Shown piece after piece: positions 49,262-62,223 of a stretch of 64,000 bases of DNA. The notes beneath the pieces are model-generated. The model saw nothing but the letters and a program-made list of their open reading frames with translations, was not told the DNA's origin and made no database searches. The position numbers and the translations under genes are program-made. The stretch covers positions 673,359-737,358 of the forward strand of contig JAKMXF010000177.1 in NCBI GenBank assembly GCA_024704765.1. Reading direction: 5' to 3'. The DNA is from Oopsacas minuta (taxonomy: Eukaryota > Animalia > Porifera). Position 1 is the stretch's first letter. The number at the start of each line of letters is the position of its first letter.

Positions 49262-50649
49262 CCGTTGCGTGAGATTTTAACTCATCTATACTCAATGACT
49301 GTGAATTTTTCCACTAGCCATATCATTATTCACATTGTCTAGTACAATACTAGATTATCTCATAAGACTAATGAGCATGATTGTCATTTACGCATGAAGT
49401 AACACATGTTATAACTCTTCTCTTGGTTCACATTCTAATGTTGCTACAACCGAATAATGAAACCGCAAAGTACTGACAATTATGAATTACATTTTCTATT
49501 TTTATCCATCACAATGAAATATACATATTGACAATAATCATACATCTACCTCATCCTTATTGAATCATACTTCAGTATTTCTGACAAAGACATTACTGTA
49601 AGAGATAGTAACACTAGTGTAGAATTGGTTTAGGATAGTAAAACATAATATTTTGAATTACGAAACTAGGTTAAAGGCCGCAGGTCGAAATACGTTAATA
49701 AAGATGACAGAAGTATTGCATTCAAATTTGCTTTTATAACATTAGCAAGTGAAGCATCTAAACTAAAAATACGAAAAAATGTTGTGGAAAATGAGGAAGA
49801 TTTGTAGGGAGGAGTGATCCAAAAGGAAAAGGAGCAAATTAAGTTTTATTAATCCATCAAAGAATATAATAACAATGATTTAGTAGTTTTATTACAAATA
49901 CGCCACAGAGCCATCAGAATTCTATAGGATGTTCTAATCTAAGAATTAACAAAGAGATGTTACCAAATATTCCCCTTTCTGTTCCTGGGCATCAAATAAA
50001 TTGCCAAAATGAGATCAAGATAATTCTACATCTTATCTGCTAATACGTTGGCAGGGAAAGATGTAGAAACAATTAAATCAATATTTAACAAGGCATTTAT
50101 TGAAAGAAGAATTATTCATAACAATTGTGGTGATTGTTATGACTAAACTGGGACGAAAGACTAAAAGAGTTAGAACAAGTAGTCATTTTATCCAAATATA
50201 AATTAGAGTGGGTGAAGTTACCCGTTTTGAATACTGCGCTAACCTCACAGTCGCATTGTCCCGTGAAAATTGTATTATAATACATACGTAGTATGGGGAT
50301 TGGACTCAAGAATATTAGATATATCAAAAAATAGATGAGTATTTTGCGGTTTCATTATTCATTTGTTGTAGCAACATTAGAATGGGAACCAAGAGAAGAG
50401 TTATGACATGTGTTACTTCATGCGTAAATGACAGTCATGCTCATTAGTCTTATGAGATAATCTAGTATTGTACTAGACAATGGGAATAATGATATGGCAG
50501 TGGAAAAATTCACAGTGGTTGAATATAGATGAGTTAAAATCTCACGGTGAAAGACTGTCCCTGGTCCAATAATACTAATGAGTTAAAATCTCACGGCGAA
50601 AGACTGTCCCTGGTCCAATAATACTAATGAGTTAAATCTCACGCAACAG
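49262..50649. mobile_element. Non-autonomous element with ~200-bp TIRs; right TIR carries a 49-bp tandem duplication
   Basis: ~49268-49473 pairs with ~50337-50546; 49-bp units start at 50529, 50578 and 50627; termini C(C/T)GTTGCGTGAG. Confidence 0.75.
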
Positions 50650-51487
50650 AACTAACATTAATTCACACAAATAGTGGGACGGACAAGGCCGCCCAGCCAC
50701 CCCTAATGAATATGTTCAACATGTGTGAAAATTTTGTATGAGTCGGTCAAATAACTTTCGAGTTATGACGTCACTAATATTTGATTTTTTGCACTCCGAG
50801 ATGAAATATCCCAAATATAGTATTTAGATTCAAAACAACAAAGTAAACGACAATATTTCCTCGCTACGAAATTTCACCGTGAATGCATGCATTCGATCAC
50901 CAAAAATTTTGACGAATACCGATTTCATATTTGGACTAACGCTAACATCTGAATTTTGGACTAATACATGCGCCCCTCTAATTCATCCATTTTTGTAAAA
51001 ATAATCAATGGTCTTCATCGACATCAATGGTCCGATTTTCACTCCAGTGAACAGGCCTTATTATAACGTAGGCACGCCTGCTTATATATACAAGGAATAA
51101 ACATAGTTTTACTACATCTAGAATTACGAAATTCGAATTCAAATACATACCAAACACCAGAATACATCTGATACGTAACGTGCACAATATGTATGTAACT
51201 TCCATCCTATCTCCTCACTTGTATCAACAACTCCGGTTATATAGAAGTAAATTAATGGTTCCTTGAGTTTCGATATTATGGGAGTTTACTGTATTTATGT
51301 TCAATAATCTACATATCGTAATTTCATTCGAAAAATTTATATATAACTGTAAAATATAAACTATGGCTGGCATTGAGCACAGCAATACAGTTTATAGACA
51401 TTATAAGACTAAATATGTAGTTATTCATGCAAATTAAAATATTAAATAGAGAGCTACGATTGAATAAAATCCCTTTCAATAGTAATA

Positions 51488-51686
51488 AAAATATAAAATT
51501 ACAATCCGTGCCGATAGCTTAGTCTATTAAATTCAATTTGTTTAAAAAGTGGCACTATTAATTGAAGGCACTATGAGAGGTCAGGTTTAATCCCAATATA
51601 CGTAGTGCCTACAATTAATAGTGCCACTTTTTAAACAAATTTAATTAATAGACTAAGCTATTGGCACAGATTGTAATTTTATATTT
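51488..51686. repeat. Palindromic MITE, family copy 2
   Basis: Inverted arms homologous to 40785-40952. Confidence 0.8.
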
Positions 51687-52678
51687 CTTCCTCGCTCCGC
51701 TCGAATTTCAAATCCATCTAACAATTTATTTACAAATAAATATGATTATCCAGTCCATATAATGTTCAATTTGTTTGCAATAATTATCAGTTGACTAATA
51801 ATATTAATAGAAGAGAATACTGGAGAAGATTTGATCGGTACAAATTCAAGAGTGTAAAATTCGGAATCAGCGCATTGAATTACCCCCTTATGCTGTTTAG
51901 AACAATCTTTTACGAATATTCAAAGATTATAAAATCTGGCAAACACATGTCTTTTAAATTATCCATGGTTAATTTGAAAAATAATATATTCATAAATATA
52001 GTGAACATCACCCCACTGGTTTTGTAGGACTATATTCCTACCTAGTGCTTGGCAGCACCAATTTTACAGAAACGATTTCATTTGGCTATTTGCTGTTCAG
52101 AAACACAAATTTCTACAATCTTCATCGTCAATATCAAGTATTACTAATGGTATATTTATATGAGAAATAATTGTTGTTTGCTCGCCTACTCGGAAAAATA
52201 TAATAGCACAAGTTATCCAACAAGTAGCGGGTACGATTCTGGCAGTAACAACATATAAACGTATCCTATCTTAGGTATTATATATAATTGGAGCATCGGG
52301 ATTACCAGAATATTGATTCTATTAAGTTGGCTATGTAATCATGAATGAGTATTGTTTTATGAGAATATCTTATCAAAATGTAGTGTTATGGCTTTAATAT
52401 AGTCTGTATACGTATCTTGAATATTATCATTATAGTAGTCTATCACTTAATCAACGACAAACTAACACTTCCTTGTAACCAATTCCCGTACCAAAAACGA
52501 GATTGTAACAGCTTTTTGATGTCAAAAATTACACATTTTCCCGACCGTAATCGGTTAAGAAGACTTTGATTATTTAAAAACACAATATTTGTGTCAGTAA
52601 GAAACTAGAAGAATGTAACTAACTGACAAGAAGCAGGAACAATACTTAGAAGGATAAATAGTAAACTGGTACAACAAA

Positions 52679-53911
52679 TCAAATAAACATCAAAAGACTA
52701 TTTTTGCCACGATTGACAACTACAATTCCTCCTTTAGAATTGAGGGTAACTCCAGTTGGATGTAAAATTGATTGAGTGAGTTTATTAAGTAATTCTCCTG
52801 TATTATCAAATATAATAATATTGTTGTTGTAATAATCCGAAATAATGAAATTACCAGCTCCATCTATCAGGAATAAACACGGAGTATTCAAATGTTTGCT
52901 AATAGAATCACATACAGTATTCTGTACTTGATTAAGATTGTAATTGAAAGAGTAGAGAAAGGAATTTTGATCAGACAATACAAATATAGTATCTTTAGTT
53001 AGTTGTATGTCTACTGGATATTTGACTATACCAATTCCAAACTGAGATTTGTAAGAATAATCTTGAGAGAATATTTGTATTCTGTTGTTAGACCGATCAC
53101 ATACATAAATATCTCCATTATCTACATTGATACCAATACCATGAGAGTTGTTGAATTGTCCTTCTCCACTACCTGGAGTATCTATTTGTTTGATAAAATT
53201 TCCTTTCAAATCAAATATCAACAAACAACCTGTTCCATTCTGGCTAACAAATACTCTCTCTTTATCAATAGTAATATAGAGAGGATTATTCATCTTATCA
53301 GCACCAAATAGAAACAAGAATTTACCATCTTTACTGAATACCTGTACTCTGTTGTTCCATTGTTCTGCTACATATATGTTATCTGTTCTGTAATCAACTG
53401 CAACTCCCCATGGACAATTGAATTGTCCTTTACCACTACCTACAGCACCTACACTCACTACTGGTTTCACTTTACCTTTATAATCTACAACTGGTAGACA
53501 TGAGTAACTTGAATTAACAACACTAATCTTACCAAATCCATTAATTCTATCTAATAGTGTATTATCAAATACAAATGAAATATGTTTGGGTTTCCATTCA
53601 GATTCTATTTCTTTGTGTTTTTGTTCTAAAGTTTTGATAATTCCACTCTGAGTTTCTGTAAAGATTTGTGATTGAAGATTTTCTCGAATTGATTTAGATG
53701 ATTTTTCTATTTCTAGTATATACTCTTTATGTTTATCATTTTCATGTTTGTATTTGTTGTGTATTTCTTCCAATTCTATCAAAAGTTCTGTTTTCCGATT
53801 ACTCAAATAACTTATCAATTCATTGAAATGAGTTTCAATCTCAGTTCTGATTTGAGTTACTTCAAACTCAAAACTAACTTCTTCCACTGATGACGTAGAT
53901 ATAGTAGCCAT
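52679..53911 (-). CDS. Coiled-coil plus NHL-repeat protein (410 aa), TRIM-NHL-like C-terminus without RING/B-box
   Basis: Helical E/K-rich N-terminus, then GSGKGQFNCPWGVAV and GEGQFNNSHGIGI NHL repeats; intact ORF. Confidence 0.88.
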   Translation of the reverse strand: MATISTSSVEEVSFEFEVTQIRTEIETHFNELISYLSNRKTELLIELEEIHNKYKHENDKHKEYILEIEKSSKSIRENLQSQIFTETQSGIIKTLEQKHKEIESEWKPKHISFVFDNTLLDRINGFGKISVVNSSYSCLPVVDYKGKVKPVVSVGAVGSGKGQFNCPWGVAVDYRTDNIYVAEQWNNRVQVFSKDGKFLFLFGADKMNNPLYITIDKERVFVSQNGTGCLLIFDLKGNFIKQIDTPGSGEGQFNNSHGIGINVDNGDIYVCDRSNNRIQIFSQDYSYKSQFGIGIVKYPVDIQLTKDTIFVLSDQNSFLYSFNYNLNQVQNTVCDSISKHLNTPCLFLIDGAGNFIISDYYNNNIIIFDNTGELLNKLTQSILHPTGVTLNSKGGIVVVNRGKNSLLMFI

Positions 53912-54044
53912 TATACAATAGTAAAGCTAAATCTAGGAAAATGTCTACCCCGATACAATTATTCTGGTGTGTGAATACCTGTGTAGAAAAACACAATCAT
54001 GAGAGCATAAAATAGATCAGTATTTACTAATATGCATGGATATT

Positions 54045-54753
54045 CAGTGCCGTCTTTATCAATGAGCAAATTGGGCACTTACCAAAGGCCTACACCTAGA
54101 GGGCATACTTATGATAAGAAGAATAATTTCTCCTTGTATACGCTAACTCGCTAATGGATACCTGGAATTTGTCCAAAAAATTCATAAAAGTGATTCAAGT
54201 TTGTCCTAAAAAGGAACCTCAGGAATTTGTCATAGAAAGTCGGTATGTGTCCTAAACTCAGAAACTGGATTTTGTCCGAAAATATACTATAATTATTTGG
54301 GTTCAAATATATCAGCCAACAACCACAGGGTGACCAATAAGTCAGACCACAGTTGGGGGAAAAGATAGAAACTTATCCAAGAGAAAATTCTTCACAACCA
54401 TCCTAATAGTGAATAGAAATTGACAAATACAACAATTTAAGTTGGTATATCTACTAAACCGCGTCCTCCAGGAGCCTTACATTATAAAGTCCAGTGACTC
54501 ATATTTACGATAAATTCCAACACCTTCCCACCATAAGCTTCATAAAATATTGAATGTGGAATACTAGATAGCATCGATTTTGACGATTTGATTGGCGATT
54601 TTGCATGAGCTAAACACCCCAAAATTCCAATCTGATTGGTTGTAACTGTAAAACCTCTCCAAATATAGTCAATTTCAATATTTTTGAATCTTTAAGTGTG
54701 AAAGGAGCATAGTTATTATTGATACCCAGGGCTAACGCCTAAAGACGGCACTG
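54045..54753. mobile_element. hAT-type MITE (709 bp)
   Basis: Perfect 14-bp TIR CAGTGCCGTCTTTA; TSD TGGATATT/TAGATATT (7 of 8 match). Confidence 0.85.
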
Positions 54754-55008
54754 TAGATATTCATTTTACAGAAGAATAGGTAGTTGACATTTCACAATTA
54801 CTGAAACGTGACTGTCTATCATCAATACTGTACGTTGTTAAATGTTAATCCTGAGAATAAATATATTTATCAAATTCAACAACAAAACAATTGTCTGTGT
54901 AGCTACGAATTAATGCTATACAATATACCAATTAATAGCTATGTTTAGATTAGACATGGATATGAATAAAAAGTATTTTACCATTCATGTGCCCAAGAGA
55001 TGGCTCAC

Positions 55009-56030
55009 CAGTGCCGGATTTAGGTATGTGGGCCCTGTTCGAGGGCAATTCCTGGGGGCCCTGAAGCTAATTCAAAACTGTCACGGTTCGCCCACCTGTT
55101 TCCATTCCTCAATTGAGAATGCTTGTGTTTATTGTATTCATGTGAAGGTTTTGTTCTAGTATTTCGTATAAGAGTTATAGTGATTAAAGTAGAATTACAG
55201 TGTGTATAAAATTAATGACGTTGAGTGTGGGGCCCTGTTCGGCCGCACACTCCGAACACTCCTAATCCGGTACTGTGCCTACTATAATGGATATATATAC
55301 TAATAGCTATCATTCTGAGTGTTCCAGTTAGTCCAAGTGTATTTGCTACTGTCCTGGGTTGACGATCGGCAGATCCATTCTGCGATGGAGGGGTCGAACC
55401 TTCCGCACAGCTTGAGTAACTCGGTAGCATTACCGGTGTTTTGAAGATGTCCACGAAACGGAAGTCCTTGTCTGGCCAAAAATCTGTAACACTCGAATAT
55501 TGCAGTCATAGCGGCTCTTCCATTGATCTTTGACGCCTTGAATGCCTCGCTGAGCAGGCTAGCAGTATCATTCCCTTGTTGCGCGGTTGTAAAAGCAACT
55601 AGAGCCTTGGCATGTGCTTCGCTTCGCTCATGCTTTTGAAAACTTCCAGCAGAGTGTTTTCCATCCGACTTCATAGCTCCAGACAGCGCTTTCTTCCAGT
55701 TGGAAAACCCAGTTACGGTGAATTTGGCAGAAAGCTGGTCAGTAGGAGACCAGCGTTTATCTTCTGTCATCCACGAGCACATGTTTCAAAAACATTTCCC
55801 GTCCCTTGCTACAAGCCATGGAAAGGTTATCTTCCACTCTTCTTGAAACTGACGTCCTTTCATCCTGGACTGAGTCTGTCTGCTGCCCTGAGAGGTTTGG
55901 GACGAGGTTTGGGGCTGCTGGGTGAGAACATTGGCATCCGTTTCAGGGTGCGAATGTCCATGCTGATGAGTGCAAACCATAAACTGACTCATCAAAGATT
56001 GTCTTGAAGCTCCTGACACGAATTACATTT
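55009..56030 (-). mobile_element. hAT (ZMYM1-like) transposon remnant
   Basis: Terminus CAGTGCCGGATT; QFQEEWKITFPWL, GFSNWKKA and LARQGLPFRGH motifs; truncated. Confidence 0.75.
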
Positions 56031-56139
56031 CTTAGATATGGGAGAAGAGGATTGAGACATATTAATACTATAATGCTAATAACAAATATATAAGATACAA
56101 ATAATAATGCAAAAAATACTCATCGGAACTTCGCGCCCA

Positions 56140-57225
56140 TGATGTATAGTACAATGGCCCGAATACCCTCTCGGTTATTAGTACACATTGAATGAGGTAG
56201 TTTTTCTTGGTAATATTATAAATATCTGTTACTTGTCTCACTTCTTGTACACCCTCATACAAATCTACAGCTGGCTTCCCGGGATAACTTAAATTGTGTC
56301 TCTCTCTCAATTCAAGTGCTTTGGTCCAAACTTGAGCTACTTTTGAATAATGATAATCCCAGAATCCCTCTATCCCTCCGACTAGCCACATGTCAACTTC
56401 ATATTCAGGCGTACATTGAGGCTGTTTTCTGAGATAGTACACTGCATACTCATTGTCACATTTTGCAGCTACAAATAAATGGCAGGGGAGTTGATGCACC
56501 TCTGGTACTGCGTAATTGGGTATAGGAGGAGATGGAGATTGGGCTCTACATGGCCAGATTATTTCAGCTCCGAGGTCGATTAATAGATTGAATATATTCT
56601 GGGGCTTTTGCTCTATTGTTACGTGTAGTGCGTCTATTCCTGCAGCTACTGTCTGACTGAGCTCAGCTTTGCCACAGGTATCTGTATACAAATATATGGT
56701 AACTAATATTAAAGTATAATACAGTCAACTCCCTATATTCGAAGCACAAGGGATCGTGATAATTTCTTCGATATGACTGGTGTAATTTATGTTACTTTGA
56801 CTGTTCGGGACAATATTTGTAAAATTACACATATCGATATAAGCGGGTATTACGATATTTCCGTGTTCGATATAACGTGAGTTAACTGTACGTATAGAAA
56901 TCGTATAAATATTCCTACTGTAAATTATGTATATGATACCGAGTAATCTAAGAGCATCTTCATTCTCTCTCAATACAGCTATCATGATTGGAGCCTGTCC
57001 CTCACTATTAGCTATTTTATAAATTTCCATCAAGATACAGCTCATTATTTTGTTGTGAATTTTCTGTGCACCCAGAATTAATGGCGATCCCTTGTTGGCC
57101 TTGGGCTGGAATATCTCCTCTGGATTTACAGTGTTTAGTAAAGTTTTTAGTTTAGACCTAAATTCTGGATATTTCCCTTTCGCTGCGGAATCCAGTAAAT
57201 CTTTATGAAGCGAACATCTTGCCAT
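56140..57225 (-). pseudogene. FEM1: FEM1-like copy E, with an in-frame loss of the core ankyrin repeats and a 3' truncation
   Basis: Exon 1 is fused directly to the end of exon 2 (no GATALWCAA, no intron 1); homology ends after FGPLYYT. Confidence 0.75.
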
Positions 57226-57352
57226 TTCTAATTGAATGTTCAATAAGCAAAATAGCCAATTTTGTAACTATTCAGTATATAGAATACGATAGAGAAAGAG
57301 GGAAATAAATAAATAATTATCCAAGTAGTAAAAAGTAAAAAAGATTCGTAAA

Positions 57353-58982
57353 AATTCCTATAAATATATCTCTTTTTAGTTTGCCTATTTTCATTTAAAT
57401 ATTTTAATGAATTCCCGCTGCTTTCTCGACAGAATTTAGATATGCTTTGATGTTTATATCCTTGAATAGTTCTCTAATTCTGGGACCTAAAAATAGCCCT
57501 TCCTTGATTTTAGCATCGCTGACCTTTGGAAATTTGTCCTTAAAGTATTCGAAACCTTCTCCTTCTTTATTGTATTTTACTATCGCCTTTACAAAGTTTT
57601 CCATCAAACCCAGGTTTATTTGTAGAGGTGGTAATAGAATTTTCTCAGGATTTACTAAGGACTGACAACTTACACTCTTTATACCAGCAGTTAATTGATG
57701 TCGTAGAGGTCACTCCTTAACTATATAGTGGGATTGCCTTGCTTTACTATCCCACTCACAGAGGAAGCAATAATATTTTGTGCATCCTGGTTGCATATTG
57801 CATACCCAACAAAAGTCCAATTACCTTCAGATCACCGCAGATGTGCCAATTGTAAGAGTTATATTTGATCAGTTTCAATAAGATATCCATATTCCCATGA
57901 GACTCCTTCATGTGTACTGAATGACCTATCGGTATGGATGGTAATACATTCCCTTTGTGAAGTAAGACTGCCTTGAGCCTGTACTTAGAAGAATCAATGA
58001 AGAGACGCCACTCTGATGGTTCGTGTTGAACACCTAATAACTCCATCACACGATCCACATTGTTACAATAACAAAGAGACCCCTGCATTTCAAAATGTAC
58101 AGAGAAATCACTTTGACGGGTCCTGAAAAATGAAACTTTAGTTTCCTCATCCAATAAGTTCCAACCTTTCAATCTTGACCCAAGCAATTCACTTTGATCT
58201 TTTGTCAAATTCAAGTCTCTAACCAAATAATTCGGCTCACTTTGATTAATGATGTGGGGAAGTCTTGTTTTATCGGTTGGCATAGGCGGAGGTAAATTTT
58301 GTAGAATGCTCAACAGGACGAATCGCAGATTGAAGATTGAGATAAGATGTATTCTTTTTGGTCTTGGAAGTGATTCCTATTATATCAGTCAAACAGAAAT
58401 AACAATCAGCATAATGATCTCTTGGTTCCCTCCATATCATGGGAATAGCAAATTGCATTGAAGTACGTGAGCCATTTGGCCATTGACTAAGTCCTATTGC
58501 ACATTTTGAGCAACACAAATGAGGTATCCAAGGCTTATCTTGATCACCAATCTTGCGACCAAAATATTGCTCATATCCCTTGTGTACAAGGGGAGACATG
58601 TCTCTCAGCTGAATTTTGTAGTATATTCTCCACAAATATAACAGACAGAATCTGTTGGGTTTGAACATCAACGCGGCATTATTGAAAAGAAATAAATACA
58701 AATACAATCAGATAATCTCCTCTTGAAAGAGCAAATAATATTATATATATTTTTAAGAAAGTTTGAATTCTTAGACAATATATACGGAAGGTATTAATAC
58801 AAATACAATTATACATTCTATAGAGATCTATGGAAACATGATTTTGGATATTTCCGAATTTTACAAAATCTCTGCCTGATAGAGAAAAACTGATTGGATA
58901 TTTGGAATCAGGGTGCTTGAATACATGAGAAACACTACAGTGTATTCCAGAAGCAAAAATGCTGAAAATGTGTTGGACAGTG
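57353..58982 (-). mobile_element. Chapaev3-like transposon, most complete copy, frameshifted, no right TIR seen
   Basis: 5' CACTG at 58982; WRLFIDSS...KAVLLHKGN, ICGDLKV, YCFLCEWDS, LPPLQINLGL and KIKEGLFLGP motifs. Confidence 0.8.
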
Positions 58983-59671
58983 TCATCGAAGTAGTAAAAT
59001 GTAAAAAGATTCGTAAAGTAAGTCCTAATGATTTAGCTATTTATTGGTTCATTTTAGGTGTACCAGGCAGAGATTCCTGTATCAGAGGATATACCCCAGA
59101 AGTAGAGCTAACTTTATGAGATATATTCAGACTACCGTCTATATACCGCTTTAGGTTGCTGGTTAGAACAATTCTATTAAACAATTGTGATTTGGATAAT
59201 TTAGTTATTTAAATATTTATTCTGATTAAAGTAATACAATCTTTCTTAGCGATGGGATCAATTCAAAAATAGAAAAACGGTGAGGAAAACAAGAATTAAT
59301 CAGTGAGAAATTCGGCTCTCGAAGATTATTTTTTCTCATTTTTGCTATACACTGCAAGACCAAAAGTATTGAGACACTGTATCCTTTCAGCACAAGTAGC
59401 AAAAACACGGCGAGGATACTTTGTAAGATTCTATGGATATAGTAGACAGTAAAACAATAGCTAATTATTTGTTATTTACGATTTATGTATTTATGTCAGT
59501 TACAAATCATCTTCAGTCTATAAACTAAGGTGGTATGCCTTTTGTACGAGGTATCAATTGTGACAAGGTGTTCCGATACTTTTGGAAATTGATTTAATTT
59601 GAACTAGCGTAAGCATATAATCTAATATGCAATATTCAATCCTGAATCTCGGGATAGCAAATGCTACCAGA

Positions 59672-59995
59672 ACCAGGCTTTTATCCAGGAGCCCACGCGC
59701 GCCTACAGGCACGTATTTACAAAAAATTTGTATAGTTAGTAGCAAGAAATTTTGAGAGTTAGGCGCGATGTATACACCTAATTCCGACGAATAATGTAAT
59801 GGGTTACGTAACAATCATAAGGACAGAGAGACACTGAATAAAGATAAATATACAATGTTACTTCAATAGTTAATTATTTATGGTGAAAGATTCTAGATGA
59901 CACCTCTGGAATGTAGTATTAACCATATTATATGTAACGGATGTATGGTTCGCTCAAAATCTAAGTTCGATGCTTCGAAATTCAAATACTCTAGG
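59672..59995 (+). mobile_element. Partial copy of the 24884-25416 hAT MITE
   Basis: Matches ~25004-25352; both TIRs are missing. Confidence 0.8.
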
Positions 59996-61330
59996 AAAGT
60001 ATGGGGAATTATCATTTACATCTAAAACGATAAGAATTACATTAGCGAGTGAATACTTGCGATATTCAGCAGCTGCTAGATCATTAGCTTGAACTTGAAA
60101 TATAATACCATCTCTATACAACTCATTATCTAACGCACTCAATAGCGTAATACTACCATTATTCGTATTAATATGTAGAAATGTGTAATCAGTTAGAATC
60201 AAATATTCAACTTGTCCGAGGATGCCTTCATCTAGATCAACAGCTGTTACAGATAAGATAGTATCAGAATACAGTATATTCTCTTGAATATATACAGTAT
60301 AGTTATCAGGTGAGGTAAATACAGGAGGGTATGTATTAGTGGGTGTGATGTATACCATAATATCAGCTGTTGATGATAATGGCATTAAACCGAAATCTGT
60401 AGCTCTTACAGTTATACTATACATATCATCAGCTCCAGTTAATGTCCTTTGAGTGTAATAGCGCCAAAACTTGATTCTACTTTAAAATAATCAGCTGATT
60501 GAAACATTATAGAATACACAACCACACTATTGGAAGCAAAATCTATATCAACAGCCAGTACAGTCAAGATAATAGAGTTAACTGGTGTATCTTCTTCCCA
60601 ATTACTATGTAATTATATTCAGTGAATATAGGAGGATTATCATTCACGACATCAATATTGATCACAAGAGTAACTAAAGCAGTATTACCTGGAAAGCCGT
60701 GATCAACAGCTGATATTTGTATTGTATAATAAGCATTCATTTCTCTGTATAAGAGATTGTGTACTGACACGACTCCAGATAGGGGGTCAACAACAAAATC
60801 ACCCGGGGGGAATATAATAACGAATCTGGCTATTGAGACCTATGTCTATATCAGTAGCAATGAACTGGGCTATGCTTGTAGTAACTGGTGTATTCTCAGG
60901 GAGAGATTTGTATTGGTGATTAGTAGTGAATATTGGAAAATTATCATTAATATCCAGTATGGTAATTGATACATTAGTGTATGCTGTGTAGCGTATAGGA
61001 CCTCCAGGTGCATCTACTGCGGAAATTGTTATTAAAATAGAGGATACGTCAACCTCACGATCGAAAAAACCAAAAACTATCACTCCACCGTTATCATCAA
61101 GTCTAAAACGACTATCTACTTCAACTACACTATATGTAGTTACACCATCAATACCATTATTTGCATCAGTAGCTTCTACAAGCCCTATCATTGTGTTACC
61201 AGGTGAATTCTCTTCGAAAGTAAATGTGTAGTTATTTTGTTGGAATTGAGGTTCATATTCATTGATACCAGTTATAGAAATGAAGCAGGTTAGTACTTCA
61301 GAGGTTAGACTTGGGAACTTTATCTTTCGC
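59995..61330 (-). pseudogene. Cadherin-repeat gene fragment (different repeats from 33023-34945)
   Basis: INEYEPQF, LDINDNFPIF and LDVNDNSPYF motifs; deletions and frameshifts. Confidence 0.8.
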
Positions 61331-61360
61331 ACTTAGGTATATAATATGAGATTCTACAGA

Positions 61361-62153
61361 CACGAAATATTGTTGCTTCCTCTGTGAGTGGGATAGTAGA
61401 GTCAGGCAATCCCACTATATAGTTAAGGAGTGGCCTCTACGACATCAATTAATTGCTGGTATAAAGAGTGTAAGTTGTCAGTCCTTAGTAATCCTGAGAA
61501 AATTCTATTACTACCTCTACAAATAAAACTGGGTTTGATGAAAAACATTGTAAAGGCGATGATAAAATATAATAAAGAAGGAGAAGGTTTCAAATACCTC
61601 AAGGACAAATTTCCAAAGGTCAGCGATGTTAAAATCAAGGAAGGGCTATTTATAGGTCCACAAATTAGAGAACTATTCAAGGATCTAAACTTCGAAGCAG
61701 ATCTAAATTCTGTCGAGAAAATTCATTCAAATATTTAAATGAGAACTTTTAGGAACTAAGAAATCACCAAATTATGAAGAAATTGTAGTGACACTACTTG
61801 ATGCATTCAGAACAATAGGATGTAATATGTCTCTAAAAATACACTTTCTTCACTCACATTTGCAATTCTTTTTCTTGAAAATCTATGTGCTGTGAGTGAT
61901 GAACATGGTGAAAGACATCATCAAGATAAAAGCACAATGGAAAGTCGTTATAATGGAAAATTCTCTCCAAACATAATGATTGATTATTGTTGGTCACAAG
62001 AAGAGATATTCCTGATGCAATACACAAAAGAAAATCACATTCCAATCATTTCTAAATTAGTAAAATAAATGCAAACTAATTGAAATTTTCATTGTAACTA
62101 AGTGATAAGTATGCATATGATTAGCCAAACTAAAGAGAGATATTAATAGAAAT
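61361..62153 (+). mobile_element. Chapaev3-like transposon, 3' half
   Basis: YCCFLCEWDS, LPLQIKLGLMKN, GCNMSLKIHFLHSH and DEHGERHHQD motifs; no terminal repeat seen. Confidence 0.8.
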
Positions 62154-62223
62154 AAACCGGGGGAATGATAAGCCAAAATATTACACACAAGTTCTTCAAT
62201 AAATATACACAAAAGCAGCAGGC

